Assembly (NCBI GenBank): GCA_003598025.1
Contig: QZKH01000002.1
Coordinates: forward strand, 270,501 to 334,500
Direction of reading: 5' to 3'
Source of the DNA: Candidatus Omnitrophota bacterium
GTDB lineage: Bacteria > Omnitrophota > Gorgyraeia > Gygaellales > Profunditerraquicolaceae
DNA length: 64,000 bases
Notes under the pieces: model-generated
Database searches by the model: none
What the model saw: only the letters and a program-made list of their open reading frames with translations
Told to the model about the DNA's origin: nothing
Made by a program: the position numbers and the translations under genes
In this document: positions 20,434 through 30,499 of the stretch, one piece after another
Position numbering within the stretch: position 1 is the first letter of the stretch
Layout of the letters: each line of letters opens with the position of its first letter

Positions 20434-21675
20434 ATGCTTTGGACAAAACTATTTATACCGACATTAAAGGAATCCCCCCAGGAAGCTGAATCTGTCAGCC
20501 ATCAGCTGATGCTCAGGGCAGGATTGATCAGGATGCTCATGGCAGGGGTGTATTCTTATCTCCCGCTGGGATTAAGGGTGTTGAATAATATTGAAAATAT
20601 CATCCGTCAGGAGATGGGTTCATGCGGGGCAAGCGAATTGCTTCTGCCTGCTTTGCATCCCCTTGAATTATGGTCCAGGACCGGAAGGGATAAAGATATC
20701 GGCGAAGTGATGTTTCGTTTTCAGGACAGGCGCAACAGAAAAGTCTGCCTTGGGCCTACTCATGAAGAAGTAATCACTGAGCTGGTAGCCAACCATGTGT
20801 CTTCTTATAAGCAACTGCCTTTGGTTTTGTACCAGATACAGACAAAGTTTCGTGATGAAATAAGGCCCAGGTTCGGGATAGTGCGGGCTTGCGAGTTTAT
20901 CATGAAGGATGCCTATAGTTTTGACCGCGACCAGAAAGGGCTGGATATAAATTATCAGGCGATGCACGATGCCTACCTTAGGATATTCTCCAGGTGCGGG
21001 CTGGATATACTGACAGTCGAGGCAGACAGTGGAGTTATGGGGGGTAAAGTTTCCCATGAATTCATGGTGCCTGCTGCAAGCGGCGAAGATATTGTGCTTT
21101 ACTGTCCGGATTGCAAGGTAGCAAAGCCTTTTAAAGAAGAAATAACCAGCTGCCGGCATTGTAAATCCGGGCTTAATAAAGTCAATACAATTGAGATCGG
21201 GCATATATTTCAATTAGGGGTCAAATACAGCAGCGCCTTGGGCGCGAATTTTCTTAATGAGAACGGAAAGCTGAACCCGATTATCATGGGTTGTTACGGC
21301 ATAGGCGTATCCAGGCTCATCGCAGCAATAATCGAGCAGAATAATGACAAAGACGGTATAATCTGGCCAGCGGAAGTAAGCCCGTTTAAGGCAATTGTCC
21401 TGCCTTTGGATGTTAACGACAAAACTATCATGGATAAAGCCCGGTCTTGTTATGCCGGGCTTTTAAAAGCAGGCATAGACGTGATGATGGATGACAGAGA
21501 TGAGAGGGCCGGGGTTAAGTTCAAAGACGCTGATTTAATCGGCATACCTATAATAATTGTCTTTGGGCAGAAATCTTTAAAAGAAGGCAAAGTAGAGATA
21601 AAGCTGCGCAGGGACAAAAAAGATTTATTGATTGATGAGCCCGTGATTATTGACAAGATAAAAGAGTTATCATAA
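20434..21675 (+). CDS. proS: Prolyl-tRNA synthetase, short form lacking the INS editing domain (zinc-ribbon-like CxxC-x13-CxxC in its place)
   Basis: Class-II motifs, 'GHIFQLGVKYS', C-terminal anticodon-binding domain; 413 aa; 'YCPDCKVAKPFKEEITSCRHCKSG' sits where INS is inserted in bacterial ProS. Confidence 0.85.
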   Translation: MLWTKLFIPTLKESPQEAESVSHQLMLRAGLIRMLMAGVYSYLPLGLRVLNNIENIIRQEMGSCGASELLLPALHPLELWSRTGRDKDIGEVMFRFQDRRNRKVCLGPTHEEVITELVANHVSSYKQLPLVLYQIQTKFRDEIRPRFGIVRACEFIMKDAYSFDRDQKGLDINYQAMHDAYLRIFSRCGLDILTVEADSGVMGGKVSHEFMVPAASGEDIVLYCPDCKVAKPFKEEITSCRHCKSGLNKVNTIEIGHIFQLGVKYSSALGANFLNENGKLNPIIMGCYGIGVSRLIAAIIEQNNDKDGIIWPAEVSPFKAIVLPLDVNDKTIMDKARSCYAGLLKAGIDVMMDDRDERAGVKFKDADLIGIPIIIVFGQKSLKEGKVEIKLRRDKKDLLIDEPVIIDKIKELS

Positions 21676-21695
21676 TAGATTTTAAGAGGCGACGT

Positions 21696-22154
21696 ATGGA
21701 TTATAAAATATTTGAGGAAGAACTAAGGGATTTAATCAGGCCGCTACTGGAAAACGAAGGTTTTACCCTTGTTGAGCTTAATTTTTTCCGCGCTCAGGAC
21801 AAGGCGGTGGTCAAGATACTGGCTGATAGGCGGTCCGGAGGCATTAGCATAGATGAGTGCGCCAGGCTAAACCAGCAGATCGGGGATTTACTTGATAGCC
21901 GGGATACGATAAAGGATAAATACCTGCTTGAGGTTTCTTCGCCGGGCTTAGACCGCCCCTTAAGGACAAGAGAGGATTTCGGCAGGTGCATAGGCAAAGA
22001 AGCCAGATTTTTTCTTAAGGAGCAGTTTGATTCAAAACTGGAATATTCAGGTAAAATATTAGATGTTAAAGATGATTCGGTGAGCATTGATTCGGCAGGC
22101 AGGGTAATCGAGCTGCCCATCAGAATCATATCTAAAGCAAAACAACAGGTTTAA
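21696..22154 (+). CDS. rimP: Ribosome maturation factor RimP
   Basis: Size, position upstream of nusA-infB, 'GFTLVELNF' N-domain. Confidence 0.8.
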   Translation: MDYKIFEEELRDLIRPLLENEGFTLVELNFFRAQDKAVVKILADRRSGGISIDECARLNQQIGDLLDSRDTIKDKYLLEVSSPGLDRPLRTREDFGRCIGKEARFFLKEQFDSKLEYSGKILDVKDDSVSIDSAGRVIELPIRIISKAKQQV

Positions 22155-22167
22155 AACGGAGAAAAAA

Positions 22168-23373
22168 ATGAGTCAGGAATTATTAGCTATTCTAGAACAG
22201 ATTGAAAGGGAAAAAGGGATTAAAAAAGAGGTCTTGATTGAAGCGGTCGAGAGCGCGCTCTTAAGCGCGGCAAAAAAGGTCATCGATGTCAAGCCGGACG
22301 AAGAACTGCATGTAAAAGTGGACCGCTTAACCGGAAAGATAAAGACCTTTAAAAACGATGCCGAGATAAATTCTGTTGAGTTCGGCAGGATATCCGCTTC
22401 CGCTGCCAGGCAGGTCATTATACAGAAGATACGCGAAGCCGAGAAAGACGTGGTATTCAATGAATTCCAGGGTAAGGTGGGTGAGATAGTTTCGGGCACC
22501 GTTTACAGGTTTGAAAAAGGAAATATTATCATCGACCTTTTAGGCAAAGCCGAAGGCATACTTTTAAAGCGCGAACAGTCTCCTAAAGAAGAATTCAAGC
22601 AGGGCCAGCGCATAAAGGCCTATATCGTTGAAGTAAAAAAAGAAATCAGGGGACCGCAGATTATATTATCGCGCACGCATCCTAACCTTGTAAAAAAACT
22701 GTTTGAATTGGAGGTCCCGGAGATTTATGATGGTATTGTAGAGGTCAAAGCGATTTCCCGCGAAGCAGGGGAAAGGACGAAGATCTCAGTATGGTCCAAG
22801 AATGATAAAGTTGATTCTGTAGGGGCCTGCGTGGGGATGAGAGGTAACCGGGTCAGGAACATCGTAAATGAGCTGCAGGGCGAGAAGATTGATATAGTAA
22901 GATACAACGAAGACATCAAAGAATACATAAAAGCATCACTCTCGCCGGCCAAAGTCTCCGAGATCAAGCTGAATAAGGACCAGCTCAAAGCGCAGGTCAT
23001 AGTCGATGATGACCAGCTTTCTTTAGCCATAGGCAAACACGGCCAGAACGTGCGCCTTGCCTCAAGGTTGATCGGTTGGGAGCTAGACATAAGGTCTAAA
23101 TCCGGATTGCAGGCCGAGGCAGCTGAAGAAGCGCAGAAAGAGCAGGCAAAAGAGGAAAAAGAAGCAGAGGGTATTGCCCAGGCCCAGGATGCCTTAAGCG
23201 AGTTGCCCGGCGTCGGGGAAAAGCTACTTTCAAGCCTTAAAGAAGCAGGATTAAATTCTGTTGATGATATCCTTAAAGCCGGAGTAGGCGGCCTTACCGA
23301 GATAAAAGGCATAGGAGAGAAGAAGGCGGAAAAAATTATAAAAGAAGCAAAGAAGCTGTCCCGCAAGGAGTAG
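22168..23373 (+). CDS. nusA: Transcription termination/antitermination factor NusA
   Basis: S1 and KH domains ('ACVGMRGNRVRNI'), C-terminal acidic repeat region. Confidence 0.92.
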   Translation: MSQELLAILEQIEREKGIKKEVLIEAVESALLSAAKKVIDVKPDEELHVKVDRLTGKIKTFKNDAEINSVEFGRISASAARQVIIQKIREAEKDVVFNEFQGKVGEIVSGTVYRFEKGNIIIDLLGKAEGILLKREQSPKEEFKQGQRIKAYIVEVKKEIRGPQIILSRTHPNLVKKLFELEVPEIYDGIVEVKAISREAGERTKISVWSKNDKVDSVGACVGMRGNRVRNIVNELQGEKIDIVRYNEDIKEYIKASLSPAKVSEIKLNKDQLKAQVIVDDDQLSLAIGKHGQNVRLASRLIGWELDIRSKSGLQAEAAEEAQKEQAKEEKEAEGIAQAQDALSELPGVGEKLLSSLKEAGLNSVDDILKAGVGGLTEIKGIGEKKAEKIIKEAKKLSRKE

Positions 23374-23409
23374 TTTTTAAGCTTAAGGATAAAAATACAA
23401 AAGGAAATT

Positions 23410-25641
23410 ATGATAAAAGCAAAAAAAGAGAAGATAAAGACCAAGAAAGAGCCTAAGGCAAAAAAACCGGCAGCCATTAAAAAGGCGCAAACGGTAAAAA
23501 CTTTGCCTAAGCCTAAAACATCGGCTAAGCCTGTTATAAAAAAAGCAGTAGTCTTAAAACATAAGAAGGCAGACCTTAAAAAGGAAGAGGTTATTCCTGT
23601 AACTACTGTTGAGCAGAAAGTAAAGGCGGCTAAAACCCCGGTTGTAAAAGAGCATATACCTAAGCCGGAGATTAAGAAAGAAGCTCCGGAGCAACGCAAG
23701 GTACCGCTTCCCGGCCAGCAGCAGGCTCCTTTACCTTCGTCTAAACCTGAGATAAAAGGACCGGTCAAAACTTCGGCAGTAAAGCCGGCGGCTGCAGTAA
23801 AAACAGTTAAACAGGAGCCGGTATATCACAAAGAGCAGGCGCCAGAAAAACCGGAAGTTAAGACTGTGCAACCCGAGAGAAAACTTAAAGAACTCGAACT
23901 CAAGCTTCCTATAACCGTAAAGGACCTTTCTGTAAAGCTTCAGGAGAAACCGTCTGTCCTGATAAAAATGCTGATGGAGATGAAGATACTTGCCGGCATG
24001 AATCAGCCGTTAGGCCAGGATATTGTCTCTAAAATAGCAGAGAAATACGGTTTTGCGATAGTCATGGCTCCGGATGAAGAAGCGCAGATCCTTAAAGTGC
24101 ATCAGGATAAAGATGCGCCGGGAGCCCTTAAACCCAGGCCTCCGATAGTTACTTTTATGGGCCATGTTGACCACGGCAAGACTTCATTATTGGATGCGAT
24201 AAGAAAAACCAAAGTCGTAGAGAGCGAGCACGGCGGGATCACCCAGCATATTGGAGCATACCGCGTAATCCTTCCCGGAGGCGAAATTACATTCCTGGAT
24301 ACGCCCGGCCACGAAGCATTTACGGCCATGCGCGCACGCGGAGCAAGTATCACCGATATAGTAGTATTAGTGGTTGCCGCTGATGAAGGCATCATGCCCC
24401 AGACTAAAGAAGCTATAGATCATGCCAAAGCAGCCGGTGTATCTATCATTGTCGCGCTTAATAAAATTGACAGGCAGCAGGCTAACGTAGATAAGGTAAA
24501 GAAGGAGCTTGCTGAATTAAACCTTACACCTGAAGACTGGGGAGGCAAAACCATAACTGTCCCGGTATCGGCAAAGACAGGCCAGGGTATTGATAATCTT
24601 TTAGAGATGATCCTGTTAGAGTCCCAGATGTTGGAATTAAAGGGCAATCCTGACAGGCCTGCAAACGGCATTGTGATAGAATCAAAGCTTACCAAAGGCA
24701 AGGGAATAGTAGTAACACTATTGGTTAAGAGCGGCGTCCTGCACTTAAACGAAAATTTAATCGTGGGTAATTTTTATGGCAGGATAAGGGCGATGTTTGA
24801 TGACCGCGGCCGTTCGGTAACCAAGGCCGGGATGTCTAATCCTGTTGAGGTCCTGGGAATATCAGGCATACCCCAGGCAGGCGAGCAGTTTTTTGTGGTT
24901 AAAGACGAGAAAGAAGCAAGGTCTCTTTCCAATATAAGGCAGGATAAAGAAAAAGAGGAACAACTCGCGCCCATAAAAAGAATAAGCTTAGAAGACTTGC
25001 ATGATCAGATACAGCAGGGCAAGATTAAAGACCTGAAGCTCATTATAAAGGCTGATGTCCAGGGTTCTATTGAGGCGATCAAAGATATGCTCAATAAACT
25101 CAATGTCTCAGAGATAAAACTGGATATAATCCATGAAGGCGTAGGCAGTATTAATTCTTCGGATATCATTCTTGCGGTTGCCTCAAATGCGCTGGTGCTT
25201 GGTTTTAATGTCCCCGTGGAAGATAAGGCTGCCGAATTGGTGGCTAAAGAAGGCGTGGATGTCAGGACGTATAATATAATTTACGAGTTAGGAAATGATA
25301 TAAAAGCCGCAGTAGAAGGCATGCTTGAGCCGAAATTAAAAAAGGTCTTTTTAGGCAAGGCACAGGTAAAGAAAGTGTTTAAGCTTTCGCGCGAATCCGG
25401 GTTGATCGCAGGCTGCCAGGTAATAAAGGGCACAATCACCCGTTCGGCATCTGTCAGTTTATTACGTAACGGCAGCGAGGTTATAGAAACCAAGATATCT
25501 TCGTTAAAGAGGTTTAAAGACGATGTAAGAGAGGTAGCCGAAGGTTACGAATGCGGGATATCTTTAGCTAACTTTAATGAGATAATGGAAGGCGATGTAA
25601 TCGAGGCATTTGAACTTGAGAAGATCGCCAGAAAATTATAA
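23410..25641 (+). CDS. infB: Translation initiation factor IF-2
   Basis: Lys-rich N-terminus, GTPase motifs '[12 protein letters not shown]', 'DTPGHEAF', 'NKID'. Confidence 0.93.
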   Translation: MIKAKKEKIKTKKEPKAKKPAAIKKAQTVKTLPKPKTSAKPVIKKAVVLKHKKADLKKEEVIPVTTVEQKVKAAKTPVVKEHIPKPEIKKEAPEQRKVPLPGQQQAPLPSSKPEIKGPVKTSAVKPAAAVKTVKQEPVYHKEQAPEKPEVKTVQPERKLKELELKLPITVKDLSVKLQEKPSVLIKMLMEMKILAGMNQPLGQDIVSKIAEKYGFAIVMAPDEEAQILKVHQDKDAPGALKPRPPIVTFMGHVDHGKTSLLDAIRKTKVVESEHGGITQHIGAYRVILPGGEITFLDTPGHEAFTAMRARGASITDIVVLVVAADEGIMPQTKEAIDHAKAAGVSIIVALNKIDRQQANVDKVKKELAELNLTPEDWGGKTITVPVSAKTGQGIDNLLEMILLESQMLELKGNPDRPANGIVIESKLTKGKGIVVTLLVKSGVLHLNENLIVGNFYGRIRAMFDDRGRSVTKAGMSNPVEVLGISGIPQAGEQFFVVKDEKEARSLSNIRQDKEKEEQLAPIKRISLEDLHDQIQQGKIKDLKLIIKADVQGSIEAIKDMLNKLNVSEIKLDIIHEGVGSINSSDIILAVASNALVLGFNVPVEDKAAELVAKEGVDVRTYNIIYELGNDIKAAVEGMLEPKLKKVFLGKAQVKKVFKLSRESGLIAGCQVIKGTITRSASVSLLRNGSEVIETKISSLKRFKDDVREVAEGYECGISLANFNEIMEGDVIEAFELEKIARKL

Positions 25642-25725
25642 ATAGGTTAAATGAGGTTACAAAGGCAACATCACGTAACGTCATTTAATATTCCGTAACA
25701 TCAAGCAACCTTAAGATATATCATT

Positions 25726-26709
25726 ATGATAAAAAAACGTATACTTAGCGGGATGCGGCCTACAGGAAAACTCCACCTTGGGCATTTAGTCGGAGCGCTG
25801 AATAACTGGGTAAAATTACAGGAGCTCCACGAATGTTTATTTATGGTTGCCGACTGGCATGCGCTTATGTCCGAATATGAAGACCCCTCCGCTATCCAAG
25901 AGAATATATTTGATAATGTAGCCGATTGGCTGGCTTGCGGGATAGACCCTGTTAAATCCATAGTCTTTGTGCAATCGCAGGTAAAGGAGCATCTTGAGCT
26001 GAGCATGATATTTTCGCTGATTACCCCTCTTGGGTGGCTTGAGCGATGCCCTACTTATAAAGAGCAGTTAAAGCAGGTCGCAAACCGCGACTTAAAGACT
26101 TACGCTTTCCTCGGGTATCCCGTGCTTCAGGCAGCGGATATACTTCTTTATAAAGCAACAGCTGTGCCTGTAGGAGAAGACCAGTTACCCCATCTTGAAT
26201 TAACCAGAGAGATAGGCCGCAGGTTCAATTCTCTTTATAAGAAAGAACTATTTCCGGAGCCGGAAGGGCTGTTAACAAAATTTCCGAGGTTATTAGGGCT
26301 TGATGGCCGCAAGATGAGCAAAAGCTATGATAATTTTATTGCTATATCTGAGCCGAGCGAAAGCCTTAAGAAAAAAGTAATGAATATGTTTACCGACCCG
26401 GAAAGGATAAGGATAACTGATCCCGGGCACCCGGATAAATGCAACGTGCATAATTACTATAAACTTTTCGCTCCTGAAAGGGAAAAAGAGGTAGCTACTT
26501 TATGCCGGCAGGCTAAAGTCGGCTGCATAAACTGCAAGAAGGAATTATCTCAGATACTCATCGATTACCTTGCGCCTTTACAGAAAAAAAAGGATGAACT
26601 GGCCAAAGATAAGAAAAAGATAGAACTTATACTTGAGGCAGGAAGAGAAAAAGCGCATGTGCTTGCAAAAGAAACGATATCGCAGGCAAAAAAACTTCTG
26701 GGGATCTAA
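25726..26709 (+). CDS. trpS: Tryptophan--tRNA ligase (with a Cys4 Fe-S-type motif)
   Basis: 'HLGHLVGAL' (HIGH), 'KMSKS'; C-x21-C-x6-C-x2-C near the C-terminus. Confidence 0.92.
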   Translation: MIKKRILSGMRPTGKLHLGHLVGALNNWVKLQELHECLFMVADWHALMSEYEDPSAIQENIFDNVADWLACGIDPVKSIVFVQSQVKEHLELSMIFSLITPLGWLERCPTYKEQLKQVANRDLKTYAFLGYPVLQAADILLYKATAVPVGEDQLPHLELTREIGRRFNSLYKKELFPEPEGLLTKFPRLLGLDGRKMSKSYDNFIAISEPSESLKKKVMNMFTDPERIRITDPGHPDKCNVHNYYKLFAPEREKEVATLCRQAKVGCINCKKELSQILIDYLAPLQKKKDELAKDKKKIELILEAGREKAHVLAKETISQAKKLLGI

Positions 26710-26715
26710 AACATA

Positions 26716-27486
26716 ATGTCCGGATATAAGATAAAATTAGATATTTTCGAGGGGCCGCTCGACCTGCTTCTGTATCTGGTAAAGAAGGATCATCTTAATA
26801 TTTATGATATCCCGATAAAAGAGGTCACTGAGCAATACCTGCGTTATCTTGAGCTTATGAGGCTGCTTGACTTAAATATCGCCGGGGAATTCCTGGTAAT
26901 GGCAGCAACACTCCTGCAGATAAAGTCCAAGATGCTTCTGCCCGCAGAGAAGGAAGAGGCGCCGGAGGCGGAGGCTGAGGACCCCAGGGCAGAGTTAGTC
27001 AGGAGGCTGCTGGAATACGAGAAATTCAAAGAGATAGCACAAGATTTACGCGAAAGGGAATCAGCCCAGCAGGAAGTATTTAAAAGGCCCAAGCTCCCTG
27101 AGAAGCAAGATGCCGCAGGCAAGAACGAAGTGTATTTTGAGGCAAACCTCTTTGACCTTATCGCTGCTTTTTCCAGGGCATTAGAGGATGTCCCGAAGGA
27201 ATTATTTTATGAGGTTATAAAAGATGAGTTTACAGTTGAAGATAAGATCCACCAGATATTGCACCTGCTTTTAGTAGAACAGAGTGTACAGATATCACGG
27301 TTATTCAGCGAGGCAAGGAATAAGATAGAAGTAGTAGTCACTTTCTTAGGTATACTGGAATTAATAAGGTTGAAAGAAATAGTTGCCAGGCAGAAATCGC
27401 TTTTCGGCGAAATAGAAGTAGTCAGGAACAAGGAGAATATAATCCCTTATGAAAGAAGAAATAAGGCAGAAGATACTGAGCAATAA
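26716..27486 (+). CDS. scpA: Segregation and condensation protein A
   Basis: 'FEGPLDLLLYLVKKDHLNIYDIPI' ScpA N-terminus. Confidence 0.82.
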   Translation: MSGYKIKLDIFEGPLDLLLYLVKKDHLNIYDIPIKEVTEQYLRYLELMRLLDLNIAGEFLVMAATLLQIKSKMLLPAEKEEAPEAEAEDPRAELVRRLLEYEKFKEIAQDLRERESAQQEVFKRPKLPEKQDAAGKNEVYFEANLFDLIAAFSRALEDVPKELFYEVIKDEFTVEDKIHQILHLLLVEQSVQISRLFSEARNKIEVVVTFLGILELIRLKEIVARQKSLFGEIEVVRNKENIIPYERRNKAEDTEQ

Positions 27487-28552
27487 AGATACCATTGCTT
27501 CTTCCGGTTTGAAAGGCGCTGCCGGTGATAACCCGGACGATTTTCTTACCAGGCTTAATGAGACCGAAGAGGACGTCGTATTGAATATGTCTCTGAGGCC
27601 GGCTAAGTTCCAGGAATTTGTCGGCCAGAAAGAGGTAGTGGATAACCTTAACATATGTCTTACTGCTGCCAGGCAGAGAAATGAGCCTGTCGAACATATA
27701 TTGTTTTCCGGCCCGCCGGGCTTAGGCAAGACATCCCTTGCACATATCATAGCCCACGAGATGAATGCAAAGATCACGGCTACTTCCGGTCCTGCCATAG
27801 AGAGGGCAGGCGACCTGATAGGTATACTGACTAACCTGGGAAAGGGTGATATCCTTTTTATTGATGAGATACACCGGTTGTCAAAAGTGGTGGAAGAATT
27901 TTTATACCCGGCCTTAGAGAATTTCCAGATAGATTTTGTTATTGATAAAGGCCCGTATGCCAAGACGATAAAATTCAATTTAAAGCCGTTTACCCTTGTG
28001 GGGGCGACAACAAGGGTAGGGTTGCTTGCGTCTCCCTTAAGGAGCAGGTTCGGTATTTTTTATAACCTGGATTTTTACCAGATAGAAGACCTGGCAAAGA
28101 TAATAAAACATTCAGCTAAGATACTTGGGGTAGAGGTAACCGCGCAAGCAGCTGATGAGATCGCAAGGCGCTCAAGGGGCACCCCGAGGATAGCCAACAG
28201 GCTCTTAAGAAGGGTGAGGGATTATGCACAGGTGCAGAATATAGCCAGGATAGATGTGCCGGTTGCCGCTAAGATACTTAATGACCTGGGTATTGATGAG
28301 GCGGGGTTTGACCATCTTGACCGTAAATTCTTAAAGGCTTTAATAGAGCTGCATGATGGCGGACCAGTGGGCGTTGAATCGATAGCTGCCAGCCTTAACG
28401 AAGAAGTAGACACTATCGTAGATACAGTAGAACCATACCTGCTTAAGGCAGGCTATTTGAAACGCACCCCCCGCGGAAGAACGGTTACCAAGGCTGCGTT
28501 TGCGCATTTTGGAATTAAAAATATAAAAGACAAGCAGCAGGAGCTATTCTAA
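27449..28552 (+). CDS. ruvB: Holliday junction branch-migration ATPase RuvB
   Basis: 'LRPAKFQEFVGQ', Walker A 'GPPGLGKTSLA', 'TRVGLLASPLRSRFG'. Confidence 0.92.
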   Translation: MKEEIRQKILSNKDTIASSGLKGAAGDNPDDFLTRLNETEEDVVLNMSLRPAKFQEFVGQKEVVDNLNICLTAARQRNEPVEHILFSGPPGLGKTSLAHIIAHEMNAKITATSGPAIERAGDLIGILTNLGKGDILFIDEIHRLSKVVEEFLYPALENFQIDFVIDKGPYAKTIKFNLKPFTLVGATTRVGLLASPLRSRFGIFYNLDFYQIEDLAKIIKHSAKILGVEVTAQAADEIARRSRGTPRIANRLLRRVRDYAQVQNIARIDVPVAAKILNDLGIDEAGFDHLDRKFLKALIELHDGGPVGVESIAASLNEEVDTIVDTVEPYLLKAGYLKRTPRGRTVTKAAFAHFGIKNIKDKQQELF

Positions 28553-28567
28553 CACTACTTGTAAGTT

Positions 28568-29122
28568 ATGGATATCTTGCTACATATCTGCTGTGCGCCA
28601 TGCGCTATTTATCCTTTAAAAAGGCTTAAGGAACAGGGCTTTGGCGTATCCGGGATTTTTTATAATCCCAATATCCATCCGTACCAGGAATATAAAAACA
28701 GAAAAACAGCGCTTGAGGATTTTAGCAGTTCTTGCGGCTTAGATGTCTATTATCCGGAGTATCTTCCTTTTGAGTTCTTCCGCCACATTAATTTTATGGA
28801 ACAAAAGCCCCAGAGGTGCCCGATATGCTGGTACCAGAGGCTTAAAAGAACCGCGCTTACGGCAAAAGAAAAGAAACTGGAATATTTTACTACCACGCTT
28901 TTAGTCAGCCCTTATCAGGACCAGGAAGCTTTGTATAAGATAGGTGAAGATATTGCCAGGCAGGTAGGAGTAAAATTCTATTACGAAGATTTCAGGACGG
29001 GGTTTAGTGATTCCCATATCCAGGCAAAAAACAGCGGCATGTATTGCCAGAGTTACTGCGGCTGTATTTATTCTGAGCTGGAGAGAAGGCAGAAGCATAA
29101 GGCAAAGAAAGGCAATATCTGA
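28568..29122 (+). CDS. queH: Epoxyqueuosine reductase QueH (DUF208)
   Basis: 'LLHICCAPCA' and additional conserved Cys; 184 aa. Confidence 0.8.
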   Translation: MDILLHICCAPCAIYPLKRLKEQGFGVSGIFYNPNIHPYQEYKNRKTALEDFSSSCGLDVYYPEYLPFEFFRHINFMEQKPQRCPICWYQRLKRTALTAKEKKLEYFTTTLLVSPYQDQEALYKIGEDIARQVGVKFYYEDFRTGFSDSHIQAKNSGMYCQSYCGCIYSELERRQKHKAKKGNI

Positions 29123-29123
29123 T

Positions 29124-29345
29124 ATGGATATAAGCAACTTTGGCAAGCTGCTCATAGTTTTTGGTATGATTATAACAGGCCTGGGCCTGATCCTTTTTTT
29201 ATCCGGTAAATTACCATTTATCGGTAAATTACCCGGGGATATTATTGTAGAAAAGAAGAATTTCACTTTCTATTTTCCCTTGGCTACATCGTTGCTTCTG
29301 AGTTTATTAATATCTTTAATCATCTGGCTTAAATCCGGCCGCTAA
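29124..29345 (+). CDS. DUF2905-like small membrane protein
   Basis: 'MDISNFGKLLIVFGMIITGLGLILFL...GKLPGDI'; the ORF track's longer upstream extension overlaps queH and is probably not coding. Confidence 0.5.
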   Translation: MDISNFGKLLIVFGMIITGLGLILFLSGKLPFIGKLPGDIIVEKKNFTFYFPLATSLLLSLLISLIIWLKSGR

Positions 29346-29358
29346 TCTGATTGAGAAT

Positions 29359-30498
29359 ATGTTGAAGAGAAAAATACTGTTTTCAGTTCTATTATTATTT
29401 CTGTTTTTTGGTTACTCTAATGCCGAAACCGTCTTTGTGAGGATAAACGTAATCGAAAATGCGCCTGCGCTTAAGGCCAGGGTAAAAGGGTTTTACGAAA
29501 TAACGAACCCCAAGAACGGCTCTGTGCTTTTTCGCGGCAAGAACCTAGTATCCGATGTAACAACTTATACCGGCGGCATTATGCTTAAAGGCATAAAATT
29601 CAAAGGCAGCAGGATAACGTTAAAAGCGGCTGACACAGACTCGATCAACATCAATAATCTTAAAGTAAGGGGCTTTATAGAAATAATAAAGGACGATAAG
29701 GATAAATTTATGGTAGTAAACTATATAGAGATGGAAGATTATATAAAAGGGATTCTTTACCATGAAGTCTCCCATTATTGGCCTTTCGGGGTGTTGAAGG
29801 CGCAGGCAATTGTTTCCCGGACTTATGCCGCTTATCAGCTAAGAGAGAATAAGGCGAAGGATTTTGATATGAGGAGCGATATCTATTCGCAGGTTTACGG
29901 GGGGCGTGCCTCGGAGCGGTACCGCACAAATAAAGCCGTAGATGAAACCAAGGGTATGATTATATGTTATAAAGGCAGGGTAATACCTGCTTATTTTCAT
30001 GCAGCGTGCGCAGGCCACACCGAGGATGCGTCTTTGCTATGGAAAACAAATCTCAAGCCGCTTAAGGGGGTAGAATGTAATTTCTGTAAAGACTCACCGC
30101 ATTTTCATTGGACATATTCTATTGATAAAGGTACTCTTATTAAGAAACTATCCGATGCGGGGCATAAAACCGTAAGCATTGACACAATAGGTATCGATGG
30201 AAGGGATAAGTCGCAGAGAATAACTGATTTAATCATAACATCCGGCAAGAAAACAGTGCGCATACCAGCTAAAGACTTCAGGCTTATCCTGGGGCCGAAT
30301 CTAATAAGGAGCACTAATTTTGATGTTAAGGCCCAGGGCGATAACTTTGTATTCGAAGGCAAGGGCTGGGGCCATGGTGTCGGTATGTGCCAGTGGGGAG
30401 CTTATTTTATGGCCAAGAACGGAGCCGTTTACTCGGATATAATCAGCTATTATTATCCTGGCACAGAGATAGGATATTGCGAGGATATGGATTTTTAA
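29359..30498 (+). CDS. SpoIID/LytB-domain protein (lytic transglycosylase-like)
   Basis: Signal peptide; 'AIVSRTYA', 'QVYGG', 'GMCQWGA' SpoIID signatures. Confidence 0.78.
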   Translation: MLKRKILFSVLLLFLFFGYSNAETVFVRINVIENAPALKARVKGFYEITNPKNGSVLFRGKNLVSDVTTYTGGIMLKGIKFKGSRITLKAADTDSININNLKVRGFIEIIKDDKDKFMVVNYIEMEDYIKGILYHEVSHYWPFGVLKAQAIVSRTYAAYQLRENKAKDFDMRSDIYSQVYGGRASERYRTNKAVDETKGMIICYKGRVIPAYFHAACAGHTEDASLLWKTNLKPLKGVECNFCKDSPHFHWTYSIDKGTLIKKLSDAGHKTVSIDTIGIDGRDKSQRITDLIITSGKKTVRIPAKDFRLILGPNLIRSTNFDVKAQGDNFVFEGKGWGHGVGMCQWGAYFMAKNGAVYSDIISYYYPGTEIGYCEDMDF

Positions 30499-30499
30499 A

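Noticed and set aside
22725-23768. 347-aa minus-strand ORF antisense to nusA/infB, plus many other 60-225-aa minus-strand ORFs in the track
   Set aside because: All are embedded antisense in well-supported + strand genes. They are low-complexity (Ser/Leu/Phe-rich) and have no recognisable domains, so they look like typical shadow ORFs.
25642-25725. A T-box riboswitch leader for trpS
   Set aside because: The spacer is only ~84 nt. There is no T-box consensus (AATTAGGGTGGNACCGCG) and no specifier or antiterminator architecture.
29007-29125. Upstream in-frame extension of the DUF2905 ORF (track start 29007)
   Set aside because: The extension overlaps the 3' end of queH in another frame and has no SD. 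The ATG at ~29124 right after the queH stop is the sensible start.
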